Positions 1-9,203 of a DNA stretch of 64,000 nucleotides are shown here, piece after piece; positions within the stretch are counted from its first letter, which is position 1; each line of letters opens with the position of its first letter. This DNA comes from Clostridia bacterium. GTDB lineage: Bacteria > Bacillota > Clostridia > Oscillospirales > Acutalibacteraceae. The position numbers and the translations under genes are program-made. The stretch is from positions 38,346 through 102,345 of the forward strand of contig JAFSDM010000042.1 of NCBI GenBank assembly GCA_017436225.1, given 5' to 3'. The notes beneath the pieces were generated by a model, which did not search any database, had not been told where the DNA came from, and saw only the letters and a program-made list of their open reading frames with translations.

Positions 1-1
1 C

Positions 2-406
2 AAGCTCACTCTCGAGGAGGTTAAGCAGGCTATTGCTCGCGCAGAAGAGGTTGGTCTTGCAACTATCGTTTGCGCAGATACTGAGGAAGAAATTAAGGCT
101 ATTGCTGAAATGAATCCCGATATTCTTGTTGCTGAGCCTAGTGAGCTTATTGGCACAGGTATTGCAGTTGGCAGAGAGTATGTTGACGCTTGTATTGACC
201 TTGTAAAATCGGTTAATCCTGAGATTATGGTGCTTCCTTCTGCAGGTATCAGCTGCGGCAACGACTGCTATAACATTATTATGGCAGGTGCAGATGGCTC
301 CGGTTCAAGCAGCGGTATATGCAAAGCAGAAGACCCCGCTGCAATGGCAGAAGAAATGATGGCGGCAGTAAGAAAGGCTTATGACGAGCGGGAGGGTAAG
401 GCTTGA
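2..406 (+). CDS. triosephosphate isomerase-like protein (archaeal-type TIM family); 5' end lies outside the window
   Basis: Frame is open from base 2 (KLTLEEVKQAIARAEEVGLATIVCADTEEE...). The EPSELIGTG motif resembles the archaeal-type TIM active-site loop. Its stop overlaps the next gene's start (TTGA). Confidence 0.6.
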   Translation, partial: KLTLEEVKQAIARAEEVGLATIVCADTEEEIKAIAEMNPDILVAEPSELIGTGIAVGREYVDACIDLVKSVNPEIMVLPSAGISCGNDCYNIIMAGADGSGSSSGICKAEDPAAMAEEMMAAVRKAYDEREGKA

Positions 407-1803
407 AATACCTACTTGGAGCTGACATAGGCACAACTTCTTTAAAAGCATCGGTTTTTGATACCGATGGTAATATGATTAAGAGTGTAACGAAAGATTA
501 CACTCTTATCGTGTCAAACGATGAGGTAGAATTCCCTGCAGATGATTATTTAAAGCTCTTTGAAGAAGCTTATGCGGAAGTATCTGAAGGGCTTGAGGTT
601 TCTGCCTTTGCTATTGACACACAGTGCGAAACACTTATTGTTACCGATGAAAACGATAAGCCTTTAATGAATGCGATTGTGTGGCTTGATAACCGTGCAG
701 CTGCTGAAGCTGATAAGATTAAAGCTCACTTTGGCACCGAAAAGGTTTATAATGTTACAGGTCAACCCGAAATTACTGCCACTTGGCCCGCATCAAAGCT
801 TTTATGGATTAAGGAAAACAAACCCGAAATTCATAAGAACATTAAAAAAGTATTTTTGCTTGAAGACTACCTTTTATACCGTTTAACAGGTAATTTTGTA
901 ACCGAAAAAACCCTTCAGTCCTCTACCATCTATTACGATATTAAGAAGGACTGCTGGTGGGATGAAATGCTTGAATTTATAGGTGTTAATCCCGATTGGT
1001 TGCCAAAGCTTTGTAACAGTGCCGAAAAGGTTGGCGAATATAAGGGTGCCGCAGCCGTTACAAGCGCGATTGACCAAATTGCAGGTGCAATCGGCGCAGG
1101 TATTACAGATACCAGCGTTGTTAGCGAAATGACAGGCACCACTATGGTTATTTTTGCTCCTTGCAACGAAGTACCCGCTTTTAACCCAAATAGCATTGTT
1201 CCCTGTCACAAAAATTATGACGGAAAATATTGCTTGCTTTCTTGGACTCCTACCGCTGGTATTGCACTTAAATGGTTTAAAAATAACTTCTGTGAAAACT
1301 TTAGCTTTAGAGAGCTTGATGAACTTGCAGAAAGCGTTCCCGCGGGAAGCGCAGGTCTTACCTTCCTGCCCTACCTTTGCGGTTCTACAATGCCAAAATA
1401 CAATCCCGATGCAAAGGGCGCTTTTATGGGTCTTACTATGGAGCATACCAGAGCCCACGCCGTTAGAAGTATTTTGGAATCGGTTGCCTGTATGCTAAAA
1501 GCAAATCTTGATTACCTTGGTGTTTCAGTTAGCGAAATTCGCTCTATGGGCGGCGGTGCATCAAGCCCGCTTTGGTGTCAGATTAAAGCAGATATGACCG
1601 GTAAAAACATTGCTATTCTCGAAAATAACGAAACCGCTTGTCTTGGCTCTGCAATTCTTGCAGGTGTTGGTGTTGGTATTTTTGATGACGTTACATCGGT
1701 TTGCAAAAAATTAGTTAAAACCAAAAAGGTTTATACTCCTAGTAATACTGATTATTCTGAATGTTATAAAAAATTCTGTGATATGGAGGAAAAAACAGTA
1801 TGA
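403..1803 (+). CDS. FGGY-family carbohydrate kinase (xylulokinase-like)
   Basis: 466 aa. N-terminal LGADIGTTSLKA and C-terminal GGGASS motifs are typical of FGGY kinases. TTG start with GGAGGG RBS upstream; ATGA overlap with the next gene. Confidence 0.85.
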   Translation: MKYLLGADIGTTSLKASVFDTDGNMIKSVTKDYTLIVSNDEVEFPADDYLKLFEEAYAEVSEGLEVSAFAIDTQCETLIVTDENDKPLMNAIVWLDNRAAAEADKIKAHFGTEKVYNVTGQPEITATWPASKLLWIKENKPEIHKNIKKVFLLEDYLLYRLTGNFVTEKTLQSSTIYYDIKKDCWWDEMLEFIGVNPDWLPKLCNSAEKVGEYKGAAAVTSAIDQIAGAIGAGITDTSVVSEMTGTTMVIFAPCNEVPAFNPNSIVPCHKNYDGKYCLLSWTPTAGIALKWFKNNFCENFSFRELDELAESVPAGSAGLTFLPYLCGSTMPKYNPDAKGAFMGLTMEHTRAHAVRSILESVACMLKANLDYLGVSVSEIRSMGGGASSPLWCQIKADMTGKNIAILENNETACLGSAILAGVGVGIFDDVTSVCKKLVKTKKVYTPSNTDYSECYKKFCDMEEKTV

Positions 1804-3146
1804 GCAAAATTGCTTTTGTAGGCTTCGGCGAAGTTAATACTCCTATTGACATTATTGTTAATAAATGTAAAGCTGCTGAAGACTCTCTTTTAAAAGAAGG
1901 TCTTGACCTTGTTAGCGTATATCCCGTAACCGATGATTACGAAGAAAAGGATATCGCTAAGGCTTATGCCGCTTTGGAAGGTCAGGATTTTGACTGTATG
2001 GTAGTTTGCATTGCAGGTTGGATTCCCACCCACGCAGTAGTTAAAGTTACCGAAAAATTCCGCCACGTTCCTATGGTTTTATGGGGTCTTTGCGGTTGGA
2101 AGGAAGGCGACAGAATTGTTACCACCGCTGATCAGGCAGGTACAACCGCTCTTCGCAAAACCTTCCGCGATTTAGGCTACAAATTCAAATACGTTTACGA
2201 TATCATCGGTAAACCCTCTAACTCTAAAAAGGTTGCCGATTTTGCAAAGGCTGCATCTGCCGCTAAAGAGCTTCGCTTTGCCCGTGTTGGTATGGCAGGT
2301 TACCGTGATATGAACCTTTACGGAACCCTTTATGATGGTAGCTCCTTAAAGCGTGATATTGGTCCCGAAATTGAGACCTTTGAAATGCTTGAGATTAAGC
2401 AACGCTATGATGCTATCACCGCAGAGCAAAAGGCTGAAGTTATTGACAACGTAATGTCCAAATGGAACTTCCTTAAACCCGCAAAGCGTGAGGGTATGGA
2501 AATGGCAGCAGGTTATTACCTTGCTATTAAATCCCTTATTGATGAGCGCGGCTACAAGGCAATTTCTCTTAAAGACGTTGACGGTATGAAGAAGCTCTTA
2601 GGCTTCCCACCTGCACCTATCTTTATGCTTCTTGCAGATTGTGAAGGCGTTTCCACCATTCCCGAAAACGACTCCCTTGGTAACGTAACTCAGCTTATGG
2701 TTAAGGCTCTTACAGGTCAGTGCGGCGCTTACCTTGAATTCTATGAATTCTTTGAAGATAGCGTAATCGCAGGTGTGCCAGATTACATTCCAAAGGAAGT
2801 TACAATGGGCGAAACCACCGTTATGCCTGCCGCATTTGGTGAACTTTCTGAAGGTATTTTGAACGTTTCCAAAGTTAAGACCGGTGAGCTTACTATGTGC
2901 CGCCTTTTCTATGAAGATGGCAAATACTTTATGCATATGGTAACCGGCGAAGGCAAAACTCCACCTAAGTGGGAAGAAGCAGGTTGGACTCAACCCGCAC
3001 CTCAGCTACCAGGATTACAAATCTTCCTTGATGATGTGGAGAAGTTTGCTCAAAACGTTATGTGCCAGCACTATATCATTTCGTACGGTGATAACACCGC
3101 TATCATTAAGGATTTATGTGATATCCTCGGAATTGATATTATCTAA
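1800..3146 (+). CDS. L-fucose/L-arabinose isomerase-family protein
   Basis: 448 aa. Overall resemblance (by eye) to the fucose/arabinose isomerase superfamily. Translationally coupled to the kinase gene. Confidence 0.6.
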   Translation: MSKIAFVGFGEVNTPIDIIVNKCKAAEDSLLKEGLDLVSVYPVTDDYEEKDIAKAYAALEGQDFDCMVVCIAGWIPTHAVVKVTEKFRHVPMVLWGLCGWKEGDRIVTTADQAGTTALRKTFRDLGYKFKYVYDIIGKPSNSKKVADFAKAASAAKELRFARVGMAGYRDMNLYGTLYDGSSLKRDIGPEIETFEMLEIKQRYDAITAEQKAEVIDNVMSKWNFLKPAKREGMEMAAGYYLAIKSLIDERGYKAISLKDVDGMKKLLGFPPAPIFMLLADCEGVSTIPENDSLGNVTQLMVKALTGQCGAYLEFYEFFEDSVIAGVPDYIPKEVTMGETTVMPAAFGELSEGILNVSKVKTGELTMCRLFYEDGKYFMHMVTGEGKTPPKWEEAGWTQPAPQLPGLQIFLDDVEKFAQNVMCQHYIISYGDNTAIIKDLCDILGIDII

Positions 3147-3160
3147 GAAGGTATTAAGCG

Positions 3161-3835
3161 ATGGAATATATTTTAGATACTGCCGATTTAGAGGCAATTA
3201 AACACTGTAATGAATTTTATCCTCTTGCAGGTGTTACCACCAACCCCTCTATTATTGCAAAGGAAAACACCGACTTCTGGACTCTTGTTAAAAATATAAG
3301 AGATATCATTGGTCCTGATAAGCTTTTCTTTGCTCAGACAGTTCAAAAAACTGCCGATAAAATGGTTGAAGAGGCTTGTCTTTTAAATGAAAAAACCGGT
3401 GGCAAATTCTGTGTTAAAATTCCTATCTCTGAAGAAGGTCTTAAGGCTACAAAAAGGCTTAAGCAATTAGGTATCAAGGTTCTTGTTACCGCTATTTTCA
3501 CACCTGCACAGGCTCTTATTGCCGCCAGAGCAGGCGCTGACTACGTTGCTCCTTACGTAAACCGCCTTGATAACATCATAGGTGATGGTTGCTACGTAGT
3601 TTCGGAGATTGTAAAGCAGTTTAACATTTACAACCTTCCCTGTAAGGTACTTGCCGCAAGCTTTAAAAATGCAGAGCTTGTTCACAAGTGCGCAGTTGCA
3701 GGTTGCCACTGTGTAACCGTTACAGATGATATTCTTAAAGCCGTTTTATCACATCCTATGACAGATGCCGCTGTTGAAGGCTTTGAAAAGGATTGGGAAA
3801 GCGTATACGGTGACAAAACTATTCTTGATTTTTAG
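3161..3835 (+). CDS. fructose-6-phosphate aldolase / transaldolase-family protein (Fsa/TalC size class)
   Basis: 224 aa. N-terminal LDTADLEAIK...GVTTNPSII motif is characteristic of small transaldolase/Fsa enzymes. Confidence 0.85.
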   Translation: MEYILDTADLEAIKHCNEFYPLAGVTTNPSIIAKENTDFWTLVKNIRDIIGPDKLFFAQTVQKTADKMVEEACLLNEKTGGKFCVKIPISEEGLKATKRLKQLGIKVLVTAIFTPAQALIAARAGADYVAPYVNRLDNIIGDGCYVVSEIVKQFNIYNLPCKVLAASFKNAELVHKCAVAGCHCVTVTDDILKAVLSHPMTDAAVEGFEKDWESVYGDKTILDF

Positions 3836-3858
3836 TTTTAAAGCAGAATAACTTAAAA

Positions 3859-3890
3859 GCAGAAACGAAAAAACTCGTTTCTGCTTTTTG
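3859..3890. terminator. bidirectional intrinsic terminator between the sugar cluster and birA
   Basis: Stem GCAGAAACG / CGTTTCTGC with an 8-nt loop. A-run upstream and T-run downstream. Confidence 0.75.
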
Positions 3891-3896
3891 TTTTGC

Positions 3897-4688
3897 TTAA
3901 ATATTGCCACTACCTATGCTTACCTCTCCACTTTGCAGTGCTTCACGCTCACCCGCATCACTTTCTACTATAATGCGAAAACGTTCATCAAGCCCCACTA
4001 CTTTACCGGTTTTTCGGGTGGCGTTAACAGTGTAATTTATATTATCACCAATGAGCATCATTCTTTTACGGTACTCTATGAGTAAATCTTTATTGTTTAA
4101 ATCTTTATAGCAGTCAAAGAAATTGTTTATAATATCCGCCACCAAACAGTTAGCATCAAAAACTTCTTCACCTTCAAAAATGCTGCCTGCAATATTTTTT
4201 ATATCTTCGGGGTAGCCGCCCTTTGGTGATACTAAATTTATACCAACACCGAGAATTACGTATGAACCGATGCCATCAGCAGTAAAAGCAGCTTCACTTA
4301 ATATTCCGCACACCTTTTTGCCGTTTAGGAAAATATCGTTCACCCATTTTATTTTAGGCGATTTATTAGTAGCCTTTTCAATAGCGGTTGCTACAGCCAC
4401 CGCCGCTACCGGTGTTATTAGGGAGATATCATTAATGGGTATATTAGGCTTTAAAACAATGCTAAAATAAACGCCGCAACAGGCGGGAGAATAAAAGCTA
4501 CGCCCAAGTCTGCCTCTGCCATAGGTTTGCGAAAGGGCGATTATAATATCACCTTCACAGGCTTTACCGCTTGCAGCTAACTCTTTAGCAAATAAATTTG
4601 TGGACTCTAGGCTTTCAAAAAGCATAACCTTAGAGTCGATTTTAAGTAGGTGCTTTATTTTATCGGCCGACAGACCTATAACGCTCAT
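3897..4688 (-). CDS. birA: biotin--[acetyl-CoA-carboxylase] ligase (no N-terminal HTH, class I)
   Basis: 263 aa. GRGRLGRSF (GRGRxGR motif) and KWVNDI motifs of biotin protein ligases. Confidence 0.8.
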   Translation of the reverse strand: MSVIGLSADKIKHLLKIDSKVMLFESLESTNLFAKELAASGKACEGDIIIALSQTYGRGRLGRSFYSPACCGVYFSIVLKPNIPINDISLITPVAAVAVATAIEKATNKSPKIKWVNDIFLNGKKVCGILSEAAFTADGIGSYVILGVGINLVSPKGGYPEDIKNIAGSIFEGEEVFDANCLVADIINNFFDCYKDLNNKDLLIEYRKRMMLIGDNINYTVNATRKTGKVVGLDERFRIIVESDAGEREALQSGEVSIGSGNI

Positions 4689-4765
4689 TTTCGCTTTCCC
4701 CCTTTACATATTATATGATAACACAATGTAACGAGGTATTCAACAAAAACATCTACCAAATAAAC

Positions 4766-5122
4766 TCAAATTCCCCTGCCCTGAAGCCCAAAGCTCACAG
4801 AAAGGGCTCTATCTACCTTATCCATCATAGAGACGTCTAAAATCCCCATTTTTTCCTTTAGTCTTCGTTTATCAATGGTTCTTACCTGCTCTAAAAGAAC
4901 TATTGAGTTTTTTTGCAGTCCCGAACCCTCTGCTTCTACACTTATGTGGGTTGGAAGTCTTGCTTTGTCCTGTTGACTTGTAATAGCCGCCGCTATTACG
5001 GTTGGACTGTATTTGTTTCCCACGTCATTTTGGATAATAAGAACGGGTCTTACCCCACCCTGTTCCGAGCCAACAACGGGACTTAAATCAGCATAATAAA
5101 TTTCGCCACGCTTAACGGTCAT
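4766..5122 (-). CDS. mazF: MazF/PemK-family endoribonuclease toxin (EndoA-like)
   Basis: [33 protein letters not shown] is the classic MazF/EndoA N-terminus. The second ATG (5122) was chosen because GAAAGGA lies 8 nt upstream of it. Confidence 0.85.
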   Translation of the reverse strand: MTVKRGEIYYADLSPVVGSEQGGVRPVLIIQNDVGNKYSPTVIAAAITSQQDKARLPTHISVEAEGSGLQKNSIVLLEQVRTIDKRRLKEKMGILDVSMMDKVDRALSVSFGLQGRGI

Positions 5123-5669
5123 TTTAAGCATCCTTTCATAAAATAGGGTTTATAATGTACAAAAGCTTGTGCTATTATTTTTAACCCTTAACATATATTT
5201 TAATCAGAAAAAGGAATATTTTTTAAGTTATTTCCATATTCTATATTATGCCGAATGTTTTTTTATGTAACCAAGCTGTATAGGTGCAAAAACTGTAATT
5301 TTAAAAACAAATTTTTAGAATTTTTAGCGGCTCAAAAAAATTGCATAAAAGGATTTTTGCCCCCAAAAAGGGTATTTAGAAGCCTAAAAAACCAAAGTTT
5401 TTGGACAGTATGCACTAATTTAGCACAACGCTTTATGCAATTAGCACTATTTTAAATAAAAAATAGGCAAATATTACTATTTGTAAAGAAAAAATTACAC
5501 CATCTAGGTCGACTTTTTTCACAATATATGGCAATATGCACAAAAGAAAGGTTAAAAGGTTACAAAACCGCCCTTTTAAACAAAAATGTTACAGGTTTGT
5601 AATCTTTTTTTCGCATTTCACCCCCTAAAATTTTGGCTATTTTGCATACCAAAAGGTGTTTTATAAACC

Positions 5670-5698
5670 TTGACCCTAATGGCATTTTGGGTTATACT
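5670..5698 (+). promoter_or_regulatory. sigma-A-type promoter for the G5/3D-domain gene
   Basis: TTGACC (5670-5675), 17 nt spacer, TATACT (5693-5698). It is followed by a ~145-nt leader with three short hairpins. Confidence 0.5.
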
Positions 5699-5850
5699 GC
5701 TTAAGGTTCGAAAAATAGAACCACAAAATACCGATTATTTCAAGTCGGCTTTTCAGCAAAGCAAACGCGTTTTTCCGTGCGTTTGAACAGAGTAAAAAAC
5801 AAATACTCACCTACTTTACTTTGTTTTGCTGTAATTACGGAGGTTTATTA

Positions 5851-6924
5851 ATGAGTACAATCAAAGGTATGGTTATTAAATGTGTGACCGCTCTTTTAAT
5901 AAGCACAGTTATGGCATCAGGCCTTGTTGCTTTTGCGGCTTCAAATCCCCACAGCACAGTAGTAATCATAGACAATGAGAAAAAAGTAGAGCTTAACACA
6001 CATCGCACCACTGCAGAAGAAATTCTTAGCGATGCTAATATTGAGCTCGCCATTGGCGACAAGGCTGTTTTAAGCAATCTTGAAGATGGCACCTCAGTTC
6101 TTACCATTAATCGTTCATTCCCTGTTTACATTACGGTTGGTAATGATACTAAAATGGTTAAGGTTTGCGGTGGCACCGTTGCCGACGCTTTAAATGCTGC
6201 TAATATTACCTTAAATGAAAATTCTGTTTGCAATTTAAAGCTTGATACAGTTCTTTCCAAGGAAACTTACATTGACATTGTAGACGTTAAATACGTTACC
6301 GAAAGTTACGAAGAAACAATTCCTTACACCGCTAAGGTTGAATATTCTTCTTCACTTGAAAAGGGTAAAAAGAAGGTTACAGGCGGTGTGAACGGCACAA
6401 AGACCGTTATGGTTAAGAAAACCTACAAAAACGGCGTTGTTACTGAAACCAAAACTCTTTCTACCACTGTTACAAAACCCGCAGTAGACAAAGTGACCGT
6501 AATTGGTACTAAAACTACTTCCACTAACAAAAATACAAGCGGCGTTAAGTCTTATTCAGAAATTAAAACTATTTCAACACTTAAGGCTCCCGCATCTTTA
6601 AAACTTACTTCAAAGGGTATTCCTACTTCTTTTAAAAAGAAGGTTACAGTTCAGGCAACCGCCTACACCGACCACTCAGGTATTCCCTGCTCTACCGGTG
6701 TGATGCCACAAACAGGCTACATTGCAGTAAACCCCAAGGTTATTCCTTACGGCACTAAAATGTTTATTGTTTCTAAGGATGGTAAATACGTTTACGGTTA
6801 TGCAATTGCTGCTGATACAGGCGGATTTATTAAAAGAAGACCTACCAACGTAGACCTTTTCTTTGATACCGAAAGTCAGTGCAAAAGATTTGGCAGACGT
6901 GACGTAGTAATTTATTTCCTTTAA
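5851..6924 (+). CDS. DUF348/G5/3D-domain cell-wall protein (YabE / Rpf-like)
   Basis: ATG at 5851 is preceded by ACGGAGG. Has a signal/anchor segment, DUF348-like repeats, a G5-like segment (TIPYTAKVEY...VIGTK) and a C-terminal 3D domain (ATAYTDHSG...AADTGG). Confidence 0.75.
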   Translation: MSTIKGMVIKCVTALLISTVMASGLVAFAASNPHSTVVIIDNEKKVELNTHRTTAEEILSDANIELAIGDKAVLSNLEDGTSVLTINRSFPVYITVGNDTKMVKVCGGTVADALNAANITLNENSVCNLKLDTVLSKETYIDIVDVKYVTESYEETIPYTAKVEYSSSLEKGKKKVTGGVNGTKTVMVKKTYKNGVVTETKTLSTTVTKPAVDKVTVIGTKTTSTNKNTSGVKSYSEIKTISTLKAPASLKLTSKGIPTSFKKKVTVQATAYTDHSGIPCSTGVMPQTGYIAVNPKVIPYGTKMFIVSKDGKYVYGYAIAADTGGFIKRRPTNVDLFFDTESQCKRFGRRDVVIYFL

Positions 6925-6935
6925 AATTTTTAAAA

Positions 6936-6966
6936 GGCTGTGTAGTTTTTCTACACAGCCTTTTTT
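6936..6966. terminator. bidirectional intrinsic terminator
   Basis: Stem GGCTGTGTAG / CTACACAGCC with loop TTTTT. Flanked by an A-run and a T6 run. Confidence 0.8.
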
Positions 6967-6970
6967 ATAC

Positions 6971-7138
6971 CTATTTTATAATTTCGTATTCAAACATTTC
7001 GTAGTGAAGCTTTGTTCCAACGTCGGTGCCCTCGGGCAGAAGGGCTAACGCTATAAAAAGCTCACCATTTGTTGCCAGATCCTTTAAATAAGCGTATTCA
7101 CCCTCGATTTTTGATACAATATAATCCTTTGGTTCCAT
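6971..7138 (-). CDS. small protein, DUF3006-like (55 aa; below the ORF-track cutoff)
   Basis: Manual translation gives MEPKDYIVSKIEGEYAYLKDLATNGELFIALALLPEGTDVGTKLHYEMFEYEIIK. GAAGGGTG RBS. Starts 5 nt after the radical SAM gene's stop. Confidence 0.5.
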   Translation of the reverse strand: MEPKDYIVSKIEGEYAYLKDLATNGELFIALALLPEGTDVGTKLHYEMFEYEIIK

Positions 7139-7143
7139 AATAT

Positions 7144-8016
7144 TCACCCTTCTTTTAAATAACTATTCAGAAAATTAAGCGTTCTTTTTTTATCGGCAGA
7201 CCAAAGAGGCGCTATTAAATCACATTTCGCACCATCGCCCGTAATTCTATGGACTGTAATGTGCTTTGGCAAAAGTGAGATACATTCTTTTAAGATTTTG
7301 GCATACTGCTCTATGGTTAGCGTGTTAAAAGCACCCTTTTCAAATTCAGCCGCTAAGTCGGTGTTTTTAAGAACGTAAAGCATATGAAATTTTATGCCAT
7401 CTGCGCCACTTTCTACCGCCGCCCTAGTTGTTCTCACTGCATCGTTTACATCTTCAAACGGAAGACCTATCATAACGTGGGTAACAACTTCAAGCCCTGC
7501 CGCTTTAAGCCGTTTTACCGCATCAAAATAAATGGCGTTTTGGTATCCGCGCCGAATATACTTTACCGTTTGCTCGTTTACGGTTTGAAGCCCAAGCTCC
7601 ACCGTTACGGGCTTTATTTTATTCAGACCTTTTAAAAGCTCTACCGTATCATCAGGCAGACAGTCCGGCCTTGTGGCTACCGATAAGCCTACTATATAAT
7701 CGGGCGACAGAGCCGCCTTAAAAAGCCGCTCCAGCCTATCACACGGCGCATAGGTGTTGGTAAAGGACTGAAAATAAGCAATGTATTTACCGCTTTTATT
7801 TTTATGCTCCACCCTTTTCTTTGCCCTTTCAAGCTGAAGGAGAATATCATCGCCCTTTTCAGCAAACTCACCCGAGCCGCACTCTGAGCAGAAGATACAA
7901 CCCCTACTGCCCACGGTGCCATCTCGGTTTGGGCAGGTGAAGCCGCCATCGATAGAGAGTTTATAAACCTTTGAGCCAAATTTTTCTTTTAGATGCTCGT
8001 TTAATGTTTTATACAA
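7144..8016 (-). CDS. TIGR01212-family radical SAM protein (YtqA-like)
   Basis: 290 aa. CPNRDGTVGSRGCIFC cysteine motif and length are typical of the TIGR01212 family. Confidence 0.85.
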   Translation of the reverse strand: MYKTLNEHLKEKFGSKVYKLSIDGGFTCPNRDGTVGSRGCIFCSECGSGEFAEKGDDILLQLERAKKRVEHKNKSGKYIAYFQSFTNTYAPCDRLERLFKAALSPDYIVGLSVATRPDCLPDDTVELLKGLNKIKPVTVELGLQTVNEQTVKYIRRGYQNAIYFDAVKRLKAAGLEVVTHVMIGLPFEDVNDAVRTTRAAVESGADGIKFHMLYVLKNTDLAAEFEKGAFNTLTIEQYAKILKECISLLPKHITVHRITGDGAKCDLIAPLWSADKKRTLNFLNSYLKEG

Positions 8017-8085
8017 TATTAAACCTCATTCCGCTTTATTGATTACAAAGCCTTTTAACTATAACGGTATTTTTTTAACAGAACA

Positions 8086-8114
8086 ATTATACTATTTATA
8101 AAAGCAGATGTCAA
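8086..8114 (-). promoter_or_regulatory. consensus sigma-A promoter for the radical SAM operon
   Basis: On the minus strand: TTGACA, 17 nt spacer, TATAAT. Confidence 0.55.
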
Positions 8115-8143
8115 CGAAGTGAAAATGTAGAGGTTTATTTTGA

Positions 8144-8177
8144 TAAAAAAATAAGGCACGCTTTTCCAAGCGCGCCT
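8144..8177 (-). terminator. intrinsic terminator after the 284-aa membrane-protein gene
   Basis: Minus-strand stem AGGCGCGCTT / AAGCGTGCCT followed by a T-rich run. Confidence 0.7.
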
Positions 8178-8189
8178 CTTAGTGGATTA

Positions 8190-9044
8190 TCAAAACAACC
8201 TAAGTTTTCTTGTAACTAACTGTCCATCGATTATTAAATAACTATATAATTTACCATCATACCCTACCTCAATCTGATGCCCGTCAATTTCAGCCTTAAG
8301 GGAATGGGCGACCTCAAAAAGCGCCTCGATTTCATCATATACATTACCGTTAATTACCAGTTCGTTAACCTTTTTTACCCTACGGTATACTATTGAAAGA
8401 CCTATCTCGTTAGATTCAAGCAAAACTCTAGACTTCACATTATTATCAGCAATTCTAATAATTGCAGAATTTTTAGCTTCTGATACTGCTTTTTCTGTTT
8501 CCCCGAAATCTTTATATTCTAAAAATTCCTCCTGTTTTTGCGGTAATTTCTTAAGCTTTAAATTAGCACTAACTCCCATAGAAAGAGAAATTATTACCCA
8601 AATATGAAAAACAATATCAATAATATTATCCATTTGAACGCCCCAAAGAGCGAGCAGAGCCACGGTATCAATCACAAAGAAAACTAATGCGAAAATAAGC
8701 CAGCCTACTTTATGTTTTTTTGAAAAAAGCCAACTGAGAAAATATAGAAGCACAATTCCCAAAGCAACACCCATAAAAATCGCAAAAAACGATGGGTCTA
8801 AAAACGCAAAATTAAAAAGTTCCTCGCCGTAAAATTCTGCAGGATACATTTTGCATAGAAACATTCCCGTATCAACTAATGCATACGGAATATATGCTGA
8901 AAAAAGAAAATATGTATCACTTTCTATAACCAACAATATAAGATTTATTATGGTAAAGGCGATCACTAATAACAAATTATTGCGTGACCGCTTGTGCTTT
9001 ACCTCAAGAATTTCTCTATTCGATACAGTATTTGGTATTGACAT
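8190..9044 (-). CDS. hypothetical multi-pass membrane protein with a soluble C-terminal domain
   Basis: 284 aa. Several hydrophobic segments in the N-terminal two thirds. No family recognised by eye. Confidence 0.6.
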   Translation of the reverse strand: MSIPNTVSNREILEVKHKRSRNNLLLVIAFTIINLILLVIESDTYFLFSAYIPYALVDTGMFLCKMYPAEFYGEELFNFAFLDPSFFAIFMGVALGIVLLYFLSWLFSKKHKVGWLIFALVFFVIDTVALLALWGVQMDNIIDIVFHIWVIISLSMGVSANLKLKKLPQKQEEFLEYKDFGETEKAVSEAKNSAIIRIADNNVKSRVLLESNEIGLSIVYRRVKKVNELVINGNVYDEIEALFEVAHSLKAEIDGHQIEVGYDGKLYSYLIIDGQLVTRKLRLF

Positions 9045-9133
9045 AAAAGTTCCCCCTTAAAAGCAAAATAATTATAGCATTAACTATTTTAAAAAGCAAT
9101 ACTACTAAAAGTTTTATTTTCAATAATACTATT

Positions 9134-9179
9134 ATATCTGTATTACAGATATATGTCAATATCTTTATTGCAGATATTG
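9134..9179. promoter_or_regulatory. two palindromic operator candidates in the divergent intergenic region
   Basis: Perfect 9-1-9 palindrome ATATCTGTA-T-TACAGATAT (9134-9152), and CAATATCT-N7-AGATATTG (9157-9179). Both share the core ATATCT/AGATAT. Confidence 0.5.
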
Positions 9180-9203
9180 CATAATAATTATGAGGTGATT
9201 ATT

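Noticed and set aside
671-1498. Alternative-frame and antisense ORFs inside the FGGY kinase gene. The same kind of nested ORFs occur inside GH2, uvrA, uvrB, trkH, the LRR genes and others throughout the track.
   Set aside because: They lie entirely within longer ORFs that have clear family signatures, and they lack RBSs and motifs. They are treated as spurious.
5255-5455. The 66-aa ORF in the mazF / G5-3D intergenic gap.
   Set aside because: It has no RBS, low-complexity AT-rich codons and no recognisable motif. It is most likely non-coding.
5699-5850. A possible c-di-AMP (ydaO-type) or other riboswitch in the ~145-nt leader of the G5/3D (Rpf/YabE-like) gene.
   Set aside because: Only three short independent hairpins are present. 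I could not find the conserved ydaO core elements or an expression-platform terminator.
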